The notes beneath the pieces were generated by a model. It was not told where the DNA came from, searched no databases, and saw only the letters and a program-made list of their open reading frames with translations. DNA of 33,547 bases from Gammaproteobacteria bacterium. GTDB taxonomy: Bacteria > Pseudomonadota > Gammaproteobacteria > GCA-001735895. Where the stretch lies: contig CP070646.1 in the NCBI GenBank assembly GCA_020354435.1, positions 2,988,175 to 3,021,721 on the forward strand, read 5' to 3'. Position numbers and translations under genes: made by a program. This document shows, one piece after another, positions 6,893 to 16,865 of this stretch. Position 1 is the stretch's first letter; each line of letters begins with the position of its first letter.

Positions 6893-9433
6893 ATGAACAT
6901 TCTGGTCCTGCTCGGTGCCCTGTTCGTGCTGTTTTATACGATTGCGCGGCATCAAATTCCGTTTCGAATCCTTGCCCTGGCCACTGGCCTGTTCCTTATC
7001 GTTTTCACGCTGGCCGGCGGCTTTAGTTTTTTCTGGGGGCTGTTGTTCTGGGTCGCTTTCCTTGTGCCCACTTTGTTGCTGGGACTGCCGCAACTGCGCC
7101 TGCAATGGTTGTCGCGTCCGTTGCTCAAGCGTATCAGCAAAGTATTGCCGCCGATGTCTGACACCGAACGTGCCGCCATCGAAGCCGGCAGCATCTGGTG
7201 GGAAGCCGAGCTGTTTCGCGGCAATCCCGACTGGAGTCTGCTGCAGGGTTATTCCATGCCGAAGCTGAGTGACGAGGAACAGGCGTTTATCGATGGGCCG
7301 GTGGAGCAGTTATGCGCGATGCTCGACGATTGGGATATTACTCACAATCGCATGGATTTGCCGCCCGAGGTCTGGGCTTTTCTCAAGCGGTACGGTTTTT
7401 TCGGCATGATCATCCCGAAACGCTACGATGGACTCGAGTTCAGCAATCACGGCCACTCCTGTGTCGTCACCAAGATTGCCGCACGCAGCATTTCGGCCGG
7501 GGTGACGGTCATGGTACCGAACTCGCTGGGACCGGCCGAGCTGTTATTGCATTACGGCACCGAAGCGCAAAAAGACTACTACCTGCCGCGACTGGCCAGA
7601 GGCACGGAAATTCCCTGTTTCGCGCTGACCGGCCCGTTTGCCGGATCCGATGCCGGTGCGATCCCGGATACCGGCGTGGTCTGCATGGGCCAGCACGAGG
7701 GCCGGCAGGTTCTGGGTTTGCGCCTCAACTGGGATAAGCGTTACATCACGTTGGGCCCGGTGGCCACGGTGCTGGGGCTGGCATTCAAGGCTTATGATCC
7801 CGACGGTTTGCTCGGTGATGAGGAGGAGCTCGGTATCACCTGCGCATTGATTCCGGCCGAGACCCCCGGCGTCGAAATCGGTAACCGGCACTTCCCGCTG
7901 AATTCGGCATTCCAGAACGGGCCGAACAGCGGCAGGGATGTCTTCATTCCGATGGATTACATCATCGGCGGCCAGGAAAACATCGGCAAGGGCTGGCGTA
8001 TGCTGGTCGAATCCCTGTCGGCCGGGCGTGGTATATCGCTGCCCGCCGTCGGCGTTGCCGCCGGCAAGGCCTGCGCCCGTACCACCGGTGCTTATGCCCA
8101 TGTGCGCAAGCAGTTCAATACCTCGATCGGCAAGTTCGAGGGCGTCGAGGAAGCGCTGGCGCGTATCGGCGGGCTTGCCTACATGATGGATGCCGGTCGC
8201 CTGCTGACCCTGAGCGGGCTCGATAGCGGTGAAAGGCCGTCGGTCGTTACCGCGATACTCAAGTGTTTCAATACCGAGCAGATGCGCCAGGTCGTCAATG
8301 ATGCGATGGACGTGCATGGTGGACGCGGGATTTGTATGGGGCCCTCGAACTACATCGGGCGTCCCTACCAGACCCTGCCGGTAGGGATTACCGTCGAGGG
8401 CGCCAACATCCTGACCCGCAGCATGATCATATTCGGGCAGGGCGCGATTCGTTGCCATCCCTACATCGTGCGCGAAATGGAAGCCGCGATGCTGCAGGAT
8501 GAAGTCGCCGCCGAAACTGCCTTCGACCAGGCGCTGCGCGGGCACGCCGAATACTTCCTGACCAATTTCTGTCGTGCCATGGTCTATGGCATCAGCGGCA
8601 GTCACCTGGCGCCGTCGCCTTGTCCGGGCCGTATCGGTGCCTACTACCAACGACTTGGCCAGATGAGCGCTGCTTTCGCGGTGACCGCCGACCTGGTGTT
8701 GATGATTCTCGGCGGGGCTTTCAAACGTAAGGAAAAACTCTCCGGCCGCTTTGCCGACGCATTGTCCTACATGTTTTATGCATCCGCGGTGTTGAAGAAA
8801 TTCGAAGCCGACGGCCAGCCGCGCAGCGATTTGCCGCTGGTCGAGTGGTCGGCCAAGTACTGCCTCTACCAGGTGCAGAACGCGCTCGACGAAATCCTGC
8901 GTAATTTTCCGATCAAGTGGCTGGGCGTCTTTATCCGCCATTCGATATTTCCACTGGGCCTGAGCCTGCGTCCGCCGAATGACTCGCTCGGCCACCGTGT
9001 CGCATCGCTGTTGATCCGTCCCGGCGAGGCGCGAGACCGTTTGACAGAAGGTATTTATATCAGTGATGATCCCGATGATATAACCGGCTGCCTCGAGGAT
9101 GCGTTGCACAAGGTAATCCGCGCGGAACCGGTGGAAAGGCGCTTGCGCCATGATCAGATTACGCAGCACGGGCTCGAGGATTACCCGCAATGGATCGAAA
9201 GATTGCGTGAATCGGGTCAGTTAACTGCCGAGGAAGCTGATATATTGCTGCAGGCCAGGGCGGCGACCGCGCGGGTTATCAGGGTTGACGATTTCAAACC
9301 CGAGCAGATGGCGGCGGGGGCCGCCGCGCCGCAAAAGTCAGCGTCTGCGGGCAAGCCGGTTAAAAAGAAATCCGCGGTCAAAAAAAAGGCGGTGGCAAAA
9401 AAGAAGCGGGCACAGGCAAAAGCGGAACAATAG
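6893..9433 (+). CDS. fadE: Acyl-CoA dehydrogenase FadE (membrane-anchored, long form)
   Basis: N-terminal TM segments; LPPMSDTERAAIEAG, VMVPNSLGPAELL, CFALTGPFAGSDAG, ITVEGANILTRS; Lys/Ala-rich tail. Confidence 0.95.
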   Translation: MNILVLLGALFVLFYTIARHQIPFRILALATGLFLIVFTLAGGFSFFWGLLFWVAFLVPTLLLGLPQLRLQWLSRPLLKRISKVLPPMSDTERAAIEAGSIWWEAELFRGNPDWSLLQGYSMPKLSDEEQAFIDGPVEQLCAMLDDWDITHNRMDLPPEVWAFLKRYGFFGMIIPKRYDGLEFSNHGHSCVVTKIAARSISAGVTVMVPNSLGPAELLLHYGTEAQKDYYLPRLARGTEIPCFALTGPFAGSDAGAIPDTGVVCMGQHEGRQVLGLRLNWDKRYITLGPVATVLGLAFKAYDPDGLLGDEEELGITCALIPAETPGVEIGNRHFPLNSAFQNGPNSGRDVFIPMDYIIGGQENIGKGWRMLVESLSAGRGISLPAVGVAAGKACARTTGAYAHVRKQFNTSIGKFEGVEEALARIGGLAYMMDAGRLLTLSGLDSGERPSVVTAILKCFNTEQMRQVVNDAMDVHGGRGICMGPSNYIGRPYQTLPVGITVEGANILTRSMIIFGQGAIRCHPYIVREMEAAMLQDEVAAETAFDQALRGHAEYFLTNFCRAMVYGISGSHLAPSPCPGRIGAYYQRLGQMSAAFAVTADLVLMILGGAFKRKEKLSGRFADALSYMFYASAVLKKFEADGQPRSDLPLVEWSAKYCLYQVQNALDEILRNFPIKWLGVFIRHSIFPLGLSLRPPNDSLGHRVASLLIRPGEARDRLTEGIYISDDPDDITGCLEDALHKVIRAEPVERRLRHDQITQHGLEDYPQWIERLRESGQLTAEEADILLQARAATARVIRVDDFKPEQMAAGAAAPQKSASAGKPVKKKSAVKKKAVAKKKRAQAKAEQ

Positions 9434-9483
9434 TCCGAACCCGCTCCTTAATAGATAAGCCGATGCCAGTTGGGGGGTGAGAA

Positions 9484-11139
9484 ATGGAGAAGGTCTGGTT
9501 AAAAAGTTATCCGCCGGGAATTCCGGAGGAGATCGATGTCAGTGGCTATCAGTCGGTCACTGACGTGTTCGAGCAGGCGATCGATCGCTTTGGCGAAAAA
9601 CCCTGTTTCGCCAACCTGGGCACGACGCTGACCTACAGTGAGATGGATCGGTATACCGACCAGCTGGCCAGCTATCTGCAAGGCTTGCCCGGCATGGAAA
9701 AAGGCGATCGCGTCGCGATTATGATGCCGAACGTTTTGCAAAATCCAATCTCGATTTTCGCCACGCTGCGCGCGGGCTTTACCGTCGTCAATACCAACCC
9801 GCTGTATACTTCGCGTGAACTCCAGCACCAGTTGTCGGATTCGGGCACCAAGGCCATCATCGTGATGGAGAATTTCTGTCACACGCTCGATGAAGTGATC
9901 GACGAAACTCCGGTCCAGTACGTGATTACGACCCAGCTCGGCGATCTGCTGCGGTTTCCGAAGTCGATAATCGTCAACCTGGTGGTCAAGTACGTGAAGA
10001 AAATGGTGCCGGCATTCAGTCTGCCGCAGCGCGTGACCTTTAAGAATGCGTTGCAGCAGGGCGCCGCCAGACCCCATCAGGCGGTGCCCTGTTCTCACGA
10101 CGATCTGGCCTTCCTGCAATACACCGGCGGCACCACCGGCGTCGCCAAGGGTGCCATGCTGACGCATGGCAACATGATCGCCAACATGCAACAGGCTTCC
10201 GCCTGGATCAAGAATATCGTCGAGGATGGCAAGGAAGTCATTATTACCGCGCTACCGCTCTATCATATCTTTTCGCTGACGGCCAATTGCCTGACCTTCA
10301 TGAAGGTCGGAGGCCTGAATTACCTGATTACCAATCCGCGAGATATGCCCGGATTCGTCAAGGAATTGCAGGGTCTCAGGTTTACCGCGATGACCGGGGT
10401 CAATACGCTGTTCAACGGCCTGATGAACACCCCGGGTTTCGAAAATATCGATTTTACCTCGCTCAAGCTGTCACTGGGCGGTGGCATGGCGGTTCAGCAA
10501 CCGGTCGCCGAACGTTGGCAGAAGCGGACCGGAACGCCGCTGCTCGAAGCCTACGGTCTGACCGAAACCTCACCGGCGGTGTGCATCAATCCGCTCAATC
10601 TGAAAGAATACAACGGTGCTATCGGCTTGCCGGTGCCGTCTACCGAGGTTTCGGTACAGGACACCGAGGGAAATATTTTACCCCAGGGGGAAATCGGAGA
10701 GCTCTGCGTCCGCGGGCCGCAGGTCATGAAGGGTTACTGGCAGCGCCCCGAAGAAACCGCCAAGGTCATATCCAGCGACGGCTGGTTCAAGACCGGTGAC
10801 GTCGCGCAAATGGACGAACAGGGATATTTTCGCATCGTCGATCGCCTCAAGGACATGATCCTGGTCTCCGCATTCAACGTTTATCCGAACGAGGTAGAAA
10901 CCGTGATTGCAAGCCACGAGGGCGTTCTCGAGGTCGGCGTCATCGGTCATCCGGACGAAACCAGCGGGGAAGTGGTCAAGGCGGTGATCGTCAAGAAAGA
11001 CCCGGCCCTGACCGAAGAGGCGGTGATCGAGCACTGCCGTAAAAATTTAACGGGATACAAGGTCCCAAAAATAGTAGAATTCCGGGACGAGTTGCCTAAA
11101 ACCAATGTAGGCAAGATTCTACGGCGCGAACTGAGGTAG
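9484..11139 (+). CDS. fadD: Long-chain fatty acid-CoA ligase
   Basis: MEKVWLKSYP start, QYTGGTTGVAKG, YGLTETSP, RGPQVMKGYW, LPKTNVGKILRRELR. Confidence 0.95.
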   Translation: MEKVWLKSYPPGIPEEIDVSGYQSVTDVFEQAIDRFGEKPCFANLGTTLTYSEMDRYTDQLASYLQGLPGMEKGDRVAIMMPNVLQNPISIFATLRAGFTVVNTNPLYTSRELQHQLSDSGTKAIIVMENFCHTLDEVIDETPVQYVITTQLGDLLRFPKSIIVNLVVKYVKKMVPAFSLPQRVTFKNALQQGAARPHQAVPCSHDDLAFLQYTGGTTGVAKGAMLTHGNMIANMQQASAWIKNIVEDGKEVIITALPLYHIFSLTANCLTFMKVGGLNYLITNPRDMPGFVKELQGLRFTAMTGVNTLFNGLMNTPGFENIDFTSLKLSLGGGMAVQQPVAERWQKRTGTPLLEAYGLTETSPAVCINPLNLKEYNGAIGLPVPSTEVSVQDTEGNILPQGEIGELCVRGPQVMKGYWQRPEETAKVISSDGWFKTGDVAQMDEQGYFRIVDRLKDMILVSAFNVYPNEVETVIASHEGVLEVGVIGHPDETSGEVVKAVIVKKDPALTEEAVIEHCRKNLTGYKVPKIVEFRDELPKTNVGKILRRELR

Positions 11140-11144
11140 TCTGA

Positions 11145-11549
11145 ATGAGCAGTAAAGACGACCCTGAGATTGCTCTGGATCTTCCGGACAATCTCGAAGA
11201 CCTGTCCTTTGACGACTGGTGCGAAATACACCAGAGCGATCCGCAGCGGTTCGAGCGTTGCCGTCTCAAGGTTCTGAATGACTTGATCGATTCCGCACCG
11301 CCCGAATCGCAATCGCGGCTGCGCGGCATGATGTTCAGAATGGAGGGCGAATCGAGACGTTCCAAATCTCCGCTGGGATACAACCTGCGCCTGTCATCGA
11401 TGATGATAGAATTGCTCGACGACATGCGCGCGCAGATTCACCTGCTGTGCGCCGGCGATATCAAGAACCTGGAAGAACAGGTGCTGAACCCGGCCAGCGC
11501 GGAAATCATTCCGTTCCAGTCGGCGGGGAAAGACGAACGGGCGGGCTAG
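11145..11549 (+). CDS. DUF3135-like small helical protein
   Basis: LSFDDW...DPQRFE...LIDSAP...RLRGMMFR pattern; 5 bp after the fadD stop. Confidence 0.65.
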   Translation: MSSKDDPEIALDLPDNLEDLSFDDWCEIHQSDPQRFERCRLKVLNDLIDSAPPESQSRLRGMMFRMEGESRRSKSPLGYNLRLSSMMIELLDDMRAQIHLLCAGDIKNLEEQVLNPASAEIIPFQSAGKDERAG

Positions 11550-11562
11550 CCTGTCTCACGAT

Positions 11563-11592
11563 ATTAATACTCCAGTGATTAATACTCCAGTG
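11563..11592. repeat. Perfect 15-bp tandem duplication
   Basis: ATTAATACTCCAGTG at 11563-11577 and 11578-11592. Confidence 0.9.
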
Positions 11593-11613
11593 CCGATCGA
11601 TGCGGAATGCAGA

Positions 11614-11928
11614 CTAGTAGCCGCTGATTTTCGCGTGCAGCGGTTTGCTTTCCTCGTAACGCTGCATTTGTTCGGCTGAAGCCTCGGTCTGGTGGTTGCT
11701 TTTCCATTCCTCGATCGTCATGCCGTAGACATAGCGCTGGGCATCGGCATAGTCGAAGTCGGGATCCATTTTTTTAACCTCGGCGGAATACCACTTCGAC
11801 AGGCAATTGCGGCAGAACCCTGCGAGGGTCATCAGGTCGATATTCTGTACATCGGTGCGCTGCTGTAGATGGGCCACCAGCGCGCGGAATGCAGCCGCTT
11901 CGGCCTGGATTTGCTGATCTTTGGTCAT
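11614..11928 (-). CDS. DUF1244 family protein
   Basis: AAAFRALVAHLQQRTDVQNIDLMTLAGFCRNCLSKWY, VYGM..EEWK..HQ; ATG 11928 has a GGGGAG RBS. Confidence 0.85.
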   Translation of the reverse strand: MTKDQQIQAEAAAFRALVAHLQQRTDVQNIDLMTLAGFCRNCLSKWYSAEVKKMDPDFDYADAQRYVYGMTIEEWKSNHQTEASAEQMQRYEESKPLHAKISGY

Positions 11929-11976
11929 GACTTTCGACTCCCCTATAATGGGCGCAATTTTTAGCAAAAAAACTTC

Positions 11977-14016
11977 ATGCCGGCAATCGATATCAAGCGC
12001 TGGATGACGACGCTGCTGGCACAGTTGCGCACAAGCCGGCAGCGTCAGCTCGTGCTGCTGCAGGGACCGCAGGCCTGGTGTGACAGCCAGTTGGCCGCCC
12101 TCTCGGGACTCGATGTGGCATTGCTGCTGCTGTCGAATCGCAGCGAGTTGCCGGCGGCAATCGCGTTCGACAAGGTCGAGACCTGTCTCGGTAGCGAGAG
12201 CAGGCTGGTGGTCATGGACCTGTTCGACGGTTTCAATCCGGATGTGTTGTGCATTGCCGGCGGACTGGTGCGCGCCGCTGGTGTATTGATATTGCTGTCT
12301 CCGGAGAGTGAAAACTGGGACACCGCTTCTGATCGTTATGCCTGCTGGCAGGGCGGCAAGCGCTCTCCGCGCGCCTTTTTTGTCGAATACTTTTTCCGCA
12401 GTTTACAGCTCGATGGCGAAATCGGAATCCCGCTGACGCCGGATACTCAACCGGGCTCGACACCCGTGCTGCCGCAACTGGAGCAAACCCTGGTCGAAAA
12501 TGGCGAGACCGCTGAGCAGTCGGTCATCCTGCAACAGATCGAAAAATGGGCCGACGGCAAACCTGGTGGATGCATTCTGATCAGCGCCGATCGCGGTCGC
12601 GGAAAAAGTACCTGCCTCGGTCTGCTGGCCGCGCGTTTGCAGGCACGCCATCGGCTTCTGGTATCGGCAAATTCGCGAAGTACAGCGGCGCTGCTGCTGG
12701 CTCGAGTGCCCACGATCGAGTTCGTTGCCCCGGATCAGCTGCTGCGCCACTGCCCGCAGGCAGACCTGGTGCTGATCGACGAGGCGGCAATGATTCCACT
12801 GCCGATGCTGCGCCAACTGACCCGGATATATCCGAAACTGGTTCTGGCCACGACCACCGGCGGATACGAGGGCACCGGGCAGGGATTCATGCTGCGCTTC
12901 GTGGCGGACATGGAGAGCCGCGGCCTGCAGCGTTATCGGCTCGAGTCGCCGGTGCGCTGGTGTCGGGGCGACCTGCTCGAGGCCTGGCTCAACCGTTGCC
13001 TGTTGCTGCAGGCCGAAGACGACGAGGCGGTGGAATCACAGCAATCTGTCGACGATTATACCATCGAGCTGCTGGCGCAGCCGGGCGCGGCGGAAAACTG
13101 GCCGCTTTTGCGACGGGTTTACGCACTGCTGAACTCGGCGCATTACCGTACGCGACCCTCGGACCTGCGTATGCTGATGGAAAATCCCGATCAGCGGCTG
13201 CTCGTCGCACATCGCGATAACAACGTAATCGGCGTTGCCCTGTTGAATCTCGAGGGTGGTTTCAGCGAAACCCTGTGCGACGAAATATTTTACGGCCGGC
13301 GCCGACCGCAGGGTCACCTGCTGGCGCAGATGCTGACCGCGCAATCCGGCCTGAAACGATTTGCCGGATACCGCGGCCTGCGTGTGCAACGGATCGCGGT
13401 CGCCGCTGGCTGCCGTCGCCGCGGACTCGGAACGCGGCTGCTCGAGTACGCGTTCGAACTCGGTCGCGACAACGGCCTCGATTATATGGGTGCCAGTTTT
13501 GCGCTCGACCCCGATAGCGCGAGTTTCTGGCAGCAGGCTGGATTCCGGCTGGTACATGTCAGTTTTGCGCGGGGCAAGTCGAGCGGCAATCACTCGGTAG
13601 CGGTGCTGCGTCTGATCAACCCCGCGCTCGAGCCGGACATAAAACAGCTGCAGCAGCGTATCCAGCGGCAGTTGCCCATCTGGCTGATCCAGTTTTTACA
13701 GACCATGGAAGCGCAACAGGTAACCGCCCTGCTGCGCTTTGCCGACTATCGATATGAGCCGGCTGAACTGGAGCTGCAGGAAATCGAAGCCTTTGCCAGC
13801 GGTAACAAGGGTTTTGAACTCTGCTTTGCCAGCCTGCAAAGATTCGTCATGGGCTGTATCGCGCGGGGAGCAGATTCTCCCGACCGCCTGCTGGTCGAGA
13901 AAGCGGTACAGAATCGGGACTGGAGGCTGCTCGAACGCGAATCGGGTAGCGACGGCCGCAGGCAACTGCAGCAACGTCTGCGCCTGCAGGTCGATGCACT
14001 GCGTAAAGCTTGCTAA
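11977..14016 (+). CDS. tmcA: tRNA(Met) cytidine acetyltransferase TmcA (helicase plus GNAT)
   Basis: ADRGRGKS, IDEAAMIP, TTTGGYEGTGQGF, AHYRTRPSDL, RRPQGHL, RVQRIAV...RRRGLG. Confidence 0.9.
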   Translation: MPAIDIKRWMTTLLAQLRTSRQRQLVLLQGPQAWCDSQLAALSGLDVALLLLSNRSELPAAIAFDKVETCLGSESRLVVMDLFDGFNPDVLCIAGGLVRAAGVLILLSPESENWDTASDRYACWQGGKRSPRAFFVEYFFRSLQLDGEIGIPLTPDTQPGSTPVLPQLEQTLVENGETAEQSVILQQIEKWADGKPGGCILISADRGRGKSTCLGLLAARLQARHRLLVSANSRSTAALLLARVPTIEFVAPDQLLRHCPQADLVLIDEAAMIPLPMLRQLTRIYPKLVLATTTGGYEGTGQGFMLRFVADMESRGLQRYRLESPVRWCRGDLLEAWLNRCLLLQAEDDEAVESQQSVDDYTIELLAQPGAAENWPLLRRVYALLNSAHYRTRPSDLRMLMENPDQRLLVAHRDNNVIGVALLNLEGGFSETLCDEIFYGRRRPQGHLLAQMLTAQSGLKRFAGYRGLRVQRIAVAAGCRRRGLGTRLLEYAFELGRDNGLDYMGASFALDPDSASFWQQAGFRLVHVSFARGKSSGNHSVAVLRLINPALEPDIKQLQQRIQRQLPIWLIQFLQTMEAQQVTALLRFADYRYEPAELELQEIEAFASGNKGFELCFASLQRFVMGCIARGADSPDRLLVEKAVQNRDWRLLERESGSDGRRQLQQRLRLQVDALRKAC

Positions 14017-14038
14017 CATGGCGCAAAACGAGGAAAAA

Positions 14039-14578
14039 ATGTCACAGGACGTTATCGACTTCTGGTTTTCCGACAGGGTACGCAAGCTCTGGTTCAACTC
14101 GACGCCCGAGTTTGATCGCGAGCTGCGCGAGTCTTATCGGGAGACCTGGGAAAAAGCGAAGCGCGGTGAGCTCGATCACTGGAAACGAACCGCCGAGGGT
14201 TGCCTTGCCCTGGTCGTTATTCTGGATCAGTTTCCGCTGAACATGTTTCGGGATACCGCCGAGAGCTATTCCACCGAGGTGCAATCGCGCGAGGTTGCCC
14301 GCCATGCGCTGGCGCTCGAATTCGACCGTTCGCTGGAAAGCGGGCAAAAGGCTTTCCTGTACATGCCGTTCATGCACAGCGAAGACCTGGCTGACCAGAA
14401 ACTGGCGCTCGAACTGTTCGACCAACCCGGCCTCGAATCGAACCTGCGATTTGTTCGTCACCATCATGATATCGTGGCGAAGTACGGCCGTTTTCCGCAC
14501 CGCAACGCAGCGTTGGGGCGTGACAACACCGAGGCCGAAATCGAGTACCTCAACTCCAAGGAAGCCTTTAGCGGTTGA
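14039..14578 (+). CDS. DUF924 family protein
   Basis: VIDFWF, ILDQFPLNMFR, FLYMPFMHSE, GRFPHRN..LGR; ATG 14039 follows GAGG (ATG 14018 is an alternative). Confidence 0.88.
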   Translation: MSQDVIDFWFSDRVRKLWFNSTPEFDRELRESYRETWEKAKRGELDHWKRTAEGCLALVVILDQFPLNMFRDTAESYSTEVQSREVARHALALEFDRSLESGQKAFLYMPFMHSEDLADQKLALELFDQPGLESNLRFVRHHHDIVAKYGRFPHRNAALGRDNTEAEIEYLNSKEAFSG

Positions 14579-15924
14579 TACTGTCCATACAACAGCAGAT
14601 TAACCAGTATATCTGGGATTACGATGCCTGCGATCCCGCGGCGCCGGCAGCACCATTTCGCCATTTTTTGCAACTCGCCGTGATGGTCGGCCGCGACCTG
14701 ATGGGTGGCATGATTACGTTGCGCGCGATGAGCCTGGTTTACACCACGCTGTTGTCGATCGTTCCTTTACTCGCGGTCAGTATCTCGATGCTGAAGGGAT
14801 TCGGCGTACACGATCAGCTCGAGCCGACGCTGGTGCAAATACTCGCGCCCATAGGCGAAAAAAGTACTGAAATCAGCGCCCGCATCGTCGAATTCGTCGA
14901 GAATATGCAAATCGGCGTACTTGGCGCGGTTGGTCTGCTGCTGTTGCTCTATACGGCAATCTCGCTGATACAGAAGATCGAATCCGCTTTTAACTACACC
15001 TGGCGTCTGCGCAGCAGCCGCACGCTGATGCAGCGCTTCAGCGATTACCTCAGCGTGATCATGGTCGGGCCGGTGCTGATGTTTGCCGCGGTTGGCATAA
15101 CCGCCTCGCTCGGCAGCAATTACATCGTCGACTACCTCAACAACCTGCCTTTCATGAACGATCTGCTGCGCTTTGCCGGCAAGCTGCTGCCTTTCGTGCT
15201 GGTGATCGCGGTCTTTACCTTCATCTACATGCTGGTGCCGAATACCCGGGTACACTTCGGTTCGGCCCTGTACGGCGCGGTCGTGGGCGGAGTGCTGTGG
15301 CAAACCGCGGGTATTCTGTTTACCACTTTCGTCGGCGGTTCCGCCAGCTATACCGCAGTTTATTCCGGGCTCGCGATTCTGCTGGTATTCATGATCTGGC
15401 TCTACGTGAGCTGGATAATCCTGTTGATCGGCGCCAGCATCTCGTTTTATCACCAGCATCCTGAATACCTCAAGTGGAAAAAACGGGACCTGCGTTTAAG
15501 CGCGCGCATGCGCGAGCAGCTTGCGATACAGGCAATGTTCGATATTGCTCGCGCGCATGACCGGCCCTCCGAACCGGCGCCGATACTTGAAAACCTGGCG
15601 GCTTACCAACAGGTACCGATCGAAATGATGCAGCGCATGCTGGACGCGCTCGAGTCCGATGGGCTGCTGCAGCGGTCGGCGGGGTATCCGCCAGCTTACC
15701 TGCCTGGTGCGTCGCTGCAGCGAATTCGGCTGCTGGATATTCTGCGTAGCGCACGCCGCGCCGAAGAGGACGGATATCACGACAGTTTACGCAGCGATGC
15801 GCCGGTGTCGGCCTTGCTGGGCGGGCTGGACCAGGATCTCGCCAACCGCCTGGGCGATACCAGCCTGGCCGACCTGTTAAAAAACCTGGAGGACAACGCG
15901 TCCGATGAAGATAGTCTCGTTTAA
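14575..15924 (+). CDS. YihY/BrkB family membrane protein with C-terminal wHTH-like extension
   Basis: RAMSLVYTTLLSIVPLLA, IESAFNYTW, YMLVPNTRV, WLYVSWIILLIGA; soluble C-terminal ~150 aa. Confidence 0.85.
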   Translation: MILSIQQQINQYIWDYDACDPAAPAAPFRHFLQLAVMVGRDLMGGMITLRAMSLVYTTLLSIVPLLAVSISMLKGFGVHDQLEPTLVQILAPIGEKSTEISARIVEFVENMQIGVLGAVGLLLLLYTAISLIQKIESAFNYTWRLRSSRTLMQRFSDYLSVIMVGPVLMFAAVGITASLGSNYIVDYLNNLPFMNDLLRFAGKLLPFVLVIAVFTFIYMLVPNTRVHFGSALYGAVVGGVLWQTAGILFTTFVGGSASYTAVYSGLAILLVFMIWLYVSWIILLIGASISFYHQHPEYLKWKKRDLRLSARMREQLAIQAMFDIARAHDRPSEPAPILENLAAYQQVPIEMMQRMLDALESDGLLQRSAGYPPAYLPGASLQRIRLLDILRSARRAEEDGYHDSLRSDAPVSALLGGLDQDLANRLGDTSLADLLKNLEDNASDEDSLV

Positions 15925-16762
15925 CGTCAACAGTCTGCGCCAGCGGCTGCACCAGCTGCAAAGCGTGATCGACAAACACGCTGCCGAATTTATCGGTCTG
16001 CAGGAAACCAAGGTGCAGGATGACGAGTTTCCGCTCGATGCCGTTAGCGAAATGGGCTACGAGGTTATTTACCTGGGTCAGAAAACCCATTACGGGGTTG
16101 CCTTGCTGTCGCGCCGCGCCAGCATCAAGGCATGGTACGGTTTCCCCGGTGACCATGATGAATCGCAGAAGCGTTTTATCGGCGGGCAGTATGAACTCGA
16201 CGGCGATTCGATATTCATATTTAACGGTTACTTCCCGCAGGGCGAGAGCAGGGACCATGCGGTCAAATTTCCGGCCAAGCGACAGTTTTACCAGGATACG
16301 ATCGAGTTTCTGGGCAACTATGACATGAACCAGGCCAGGCTCGTGATCATGGGTGATTACAATATCGCACCGCAGGACACGGATATCGGTATTGGCGAAG
16401 AAAACGCCCGGCGCTGGCTGAGGACAGGTAAAACCAGTTTTCTACCGGAGGAAAGAGAATGGTTTGCGCAGCTGACGGCGCTGGGTCTGCACGATGGATT
16501 TCGCCTGTGTCATGCCGACGAGGATAACTGCTTTAGCTGGTTCGACTATCGCAGCCGTGGTTTCGAGCGAGCTCCCAAGCGCGGCCTGCGTATCGATCAC
16601 CTGCTGGTTTCGGAACTACTCAAGCCCAGCGTGGTCGATGCCGGGGTAGACTATGATATACGCGCTATGGAGAAACCTTCCGACCATGCGCCAACCTGGA
16701 TCGAACTGGAACTTAATGGTGCGCCTGATCGTAGCGGTGGTCTTGCGGGCTCGGAGTCATAA
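15905..16762 (+). CDS. xthA: Exodeoxyribonuclease III
   Basis: SFNVNS, GLQETKV, YFPQGE, MGDYNI, FSWFDYRS, GLRIDH, KPSDHAP. Confidence 0.95.
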   Translation: MKIVSFNVNSLRQRLHQLQSVIDKHAAEFIGLQETKVQDDEFPLDAVSEMGYEVIYLGQKTHYGVALLSRRASIKAWYGFPGDHDESQKRFIGGQYELDGDSIFIFNGYFPQGESRDHAVKFPAKRQFYQDTIEFLGNYDMNQARLVIMGDYNIAPQDTDIGIGEENARRWLRTGKTSFLPEEREWFAQLTALGLHDGFRLCHADEDNCFSWFDYRSRGFERAPKRGLRIDHLLVSELLKPSVVDAGVDYDIRAMEKPSDHAPTWIELELNGAPDRSGGLAGSES

Positions 16763-16865
16763 GGAGTTGTACAGCAAAGCAGCATTTGTGCCCGCGCTGA
16801 TCTGGAACAGCAAGTGAGGCGTATTTTCCTGTCACCTAGATACTATTAACATGTGGAGATAAATC

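Noticed and set aside
7544-9190. 548-aa antisense ORF inside fadE (likewise 471..1799, 19155..20105, 30539..31327, 31755..32669, 32720..33496)
   Set aside because: Shadow ORFs opposite well-supported genes, expected from GC-rich codon bias; no recognisable motifs.
11563-11592. CRISPR array
   Set aside because: Only two adjacent 15-bp copies, no spacers, no cas genes.
13739-14017. Long N-terminal extension of DUF924 (and similarly 23584..23715 of the radical SAM gene)
   Set aside because: Overlaps neighbouring real genes; internal ATGs give standard domain starts.
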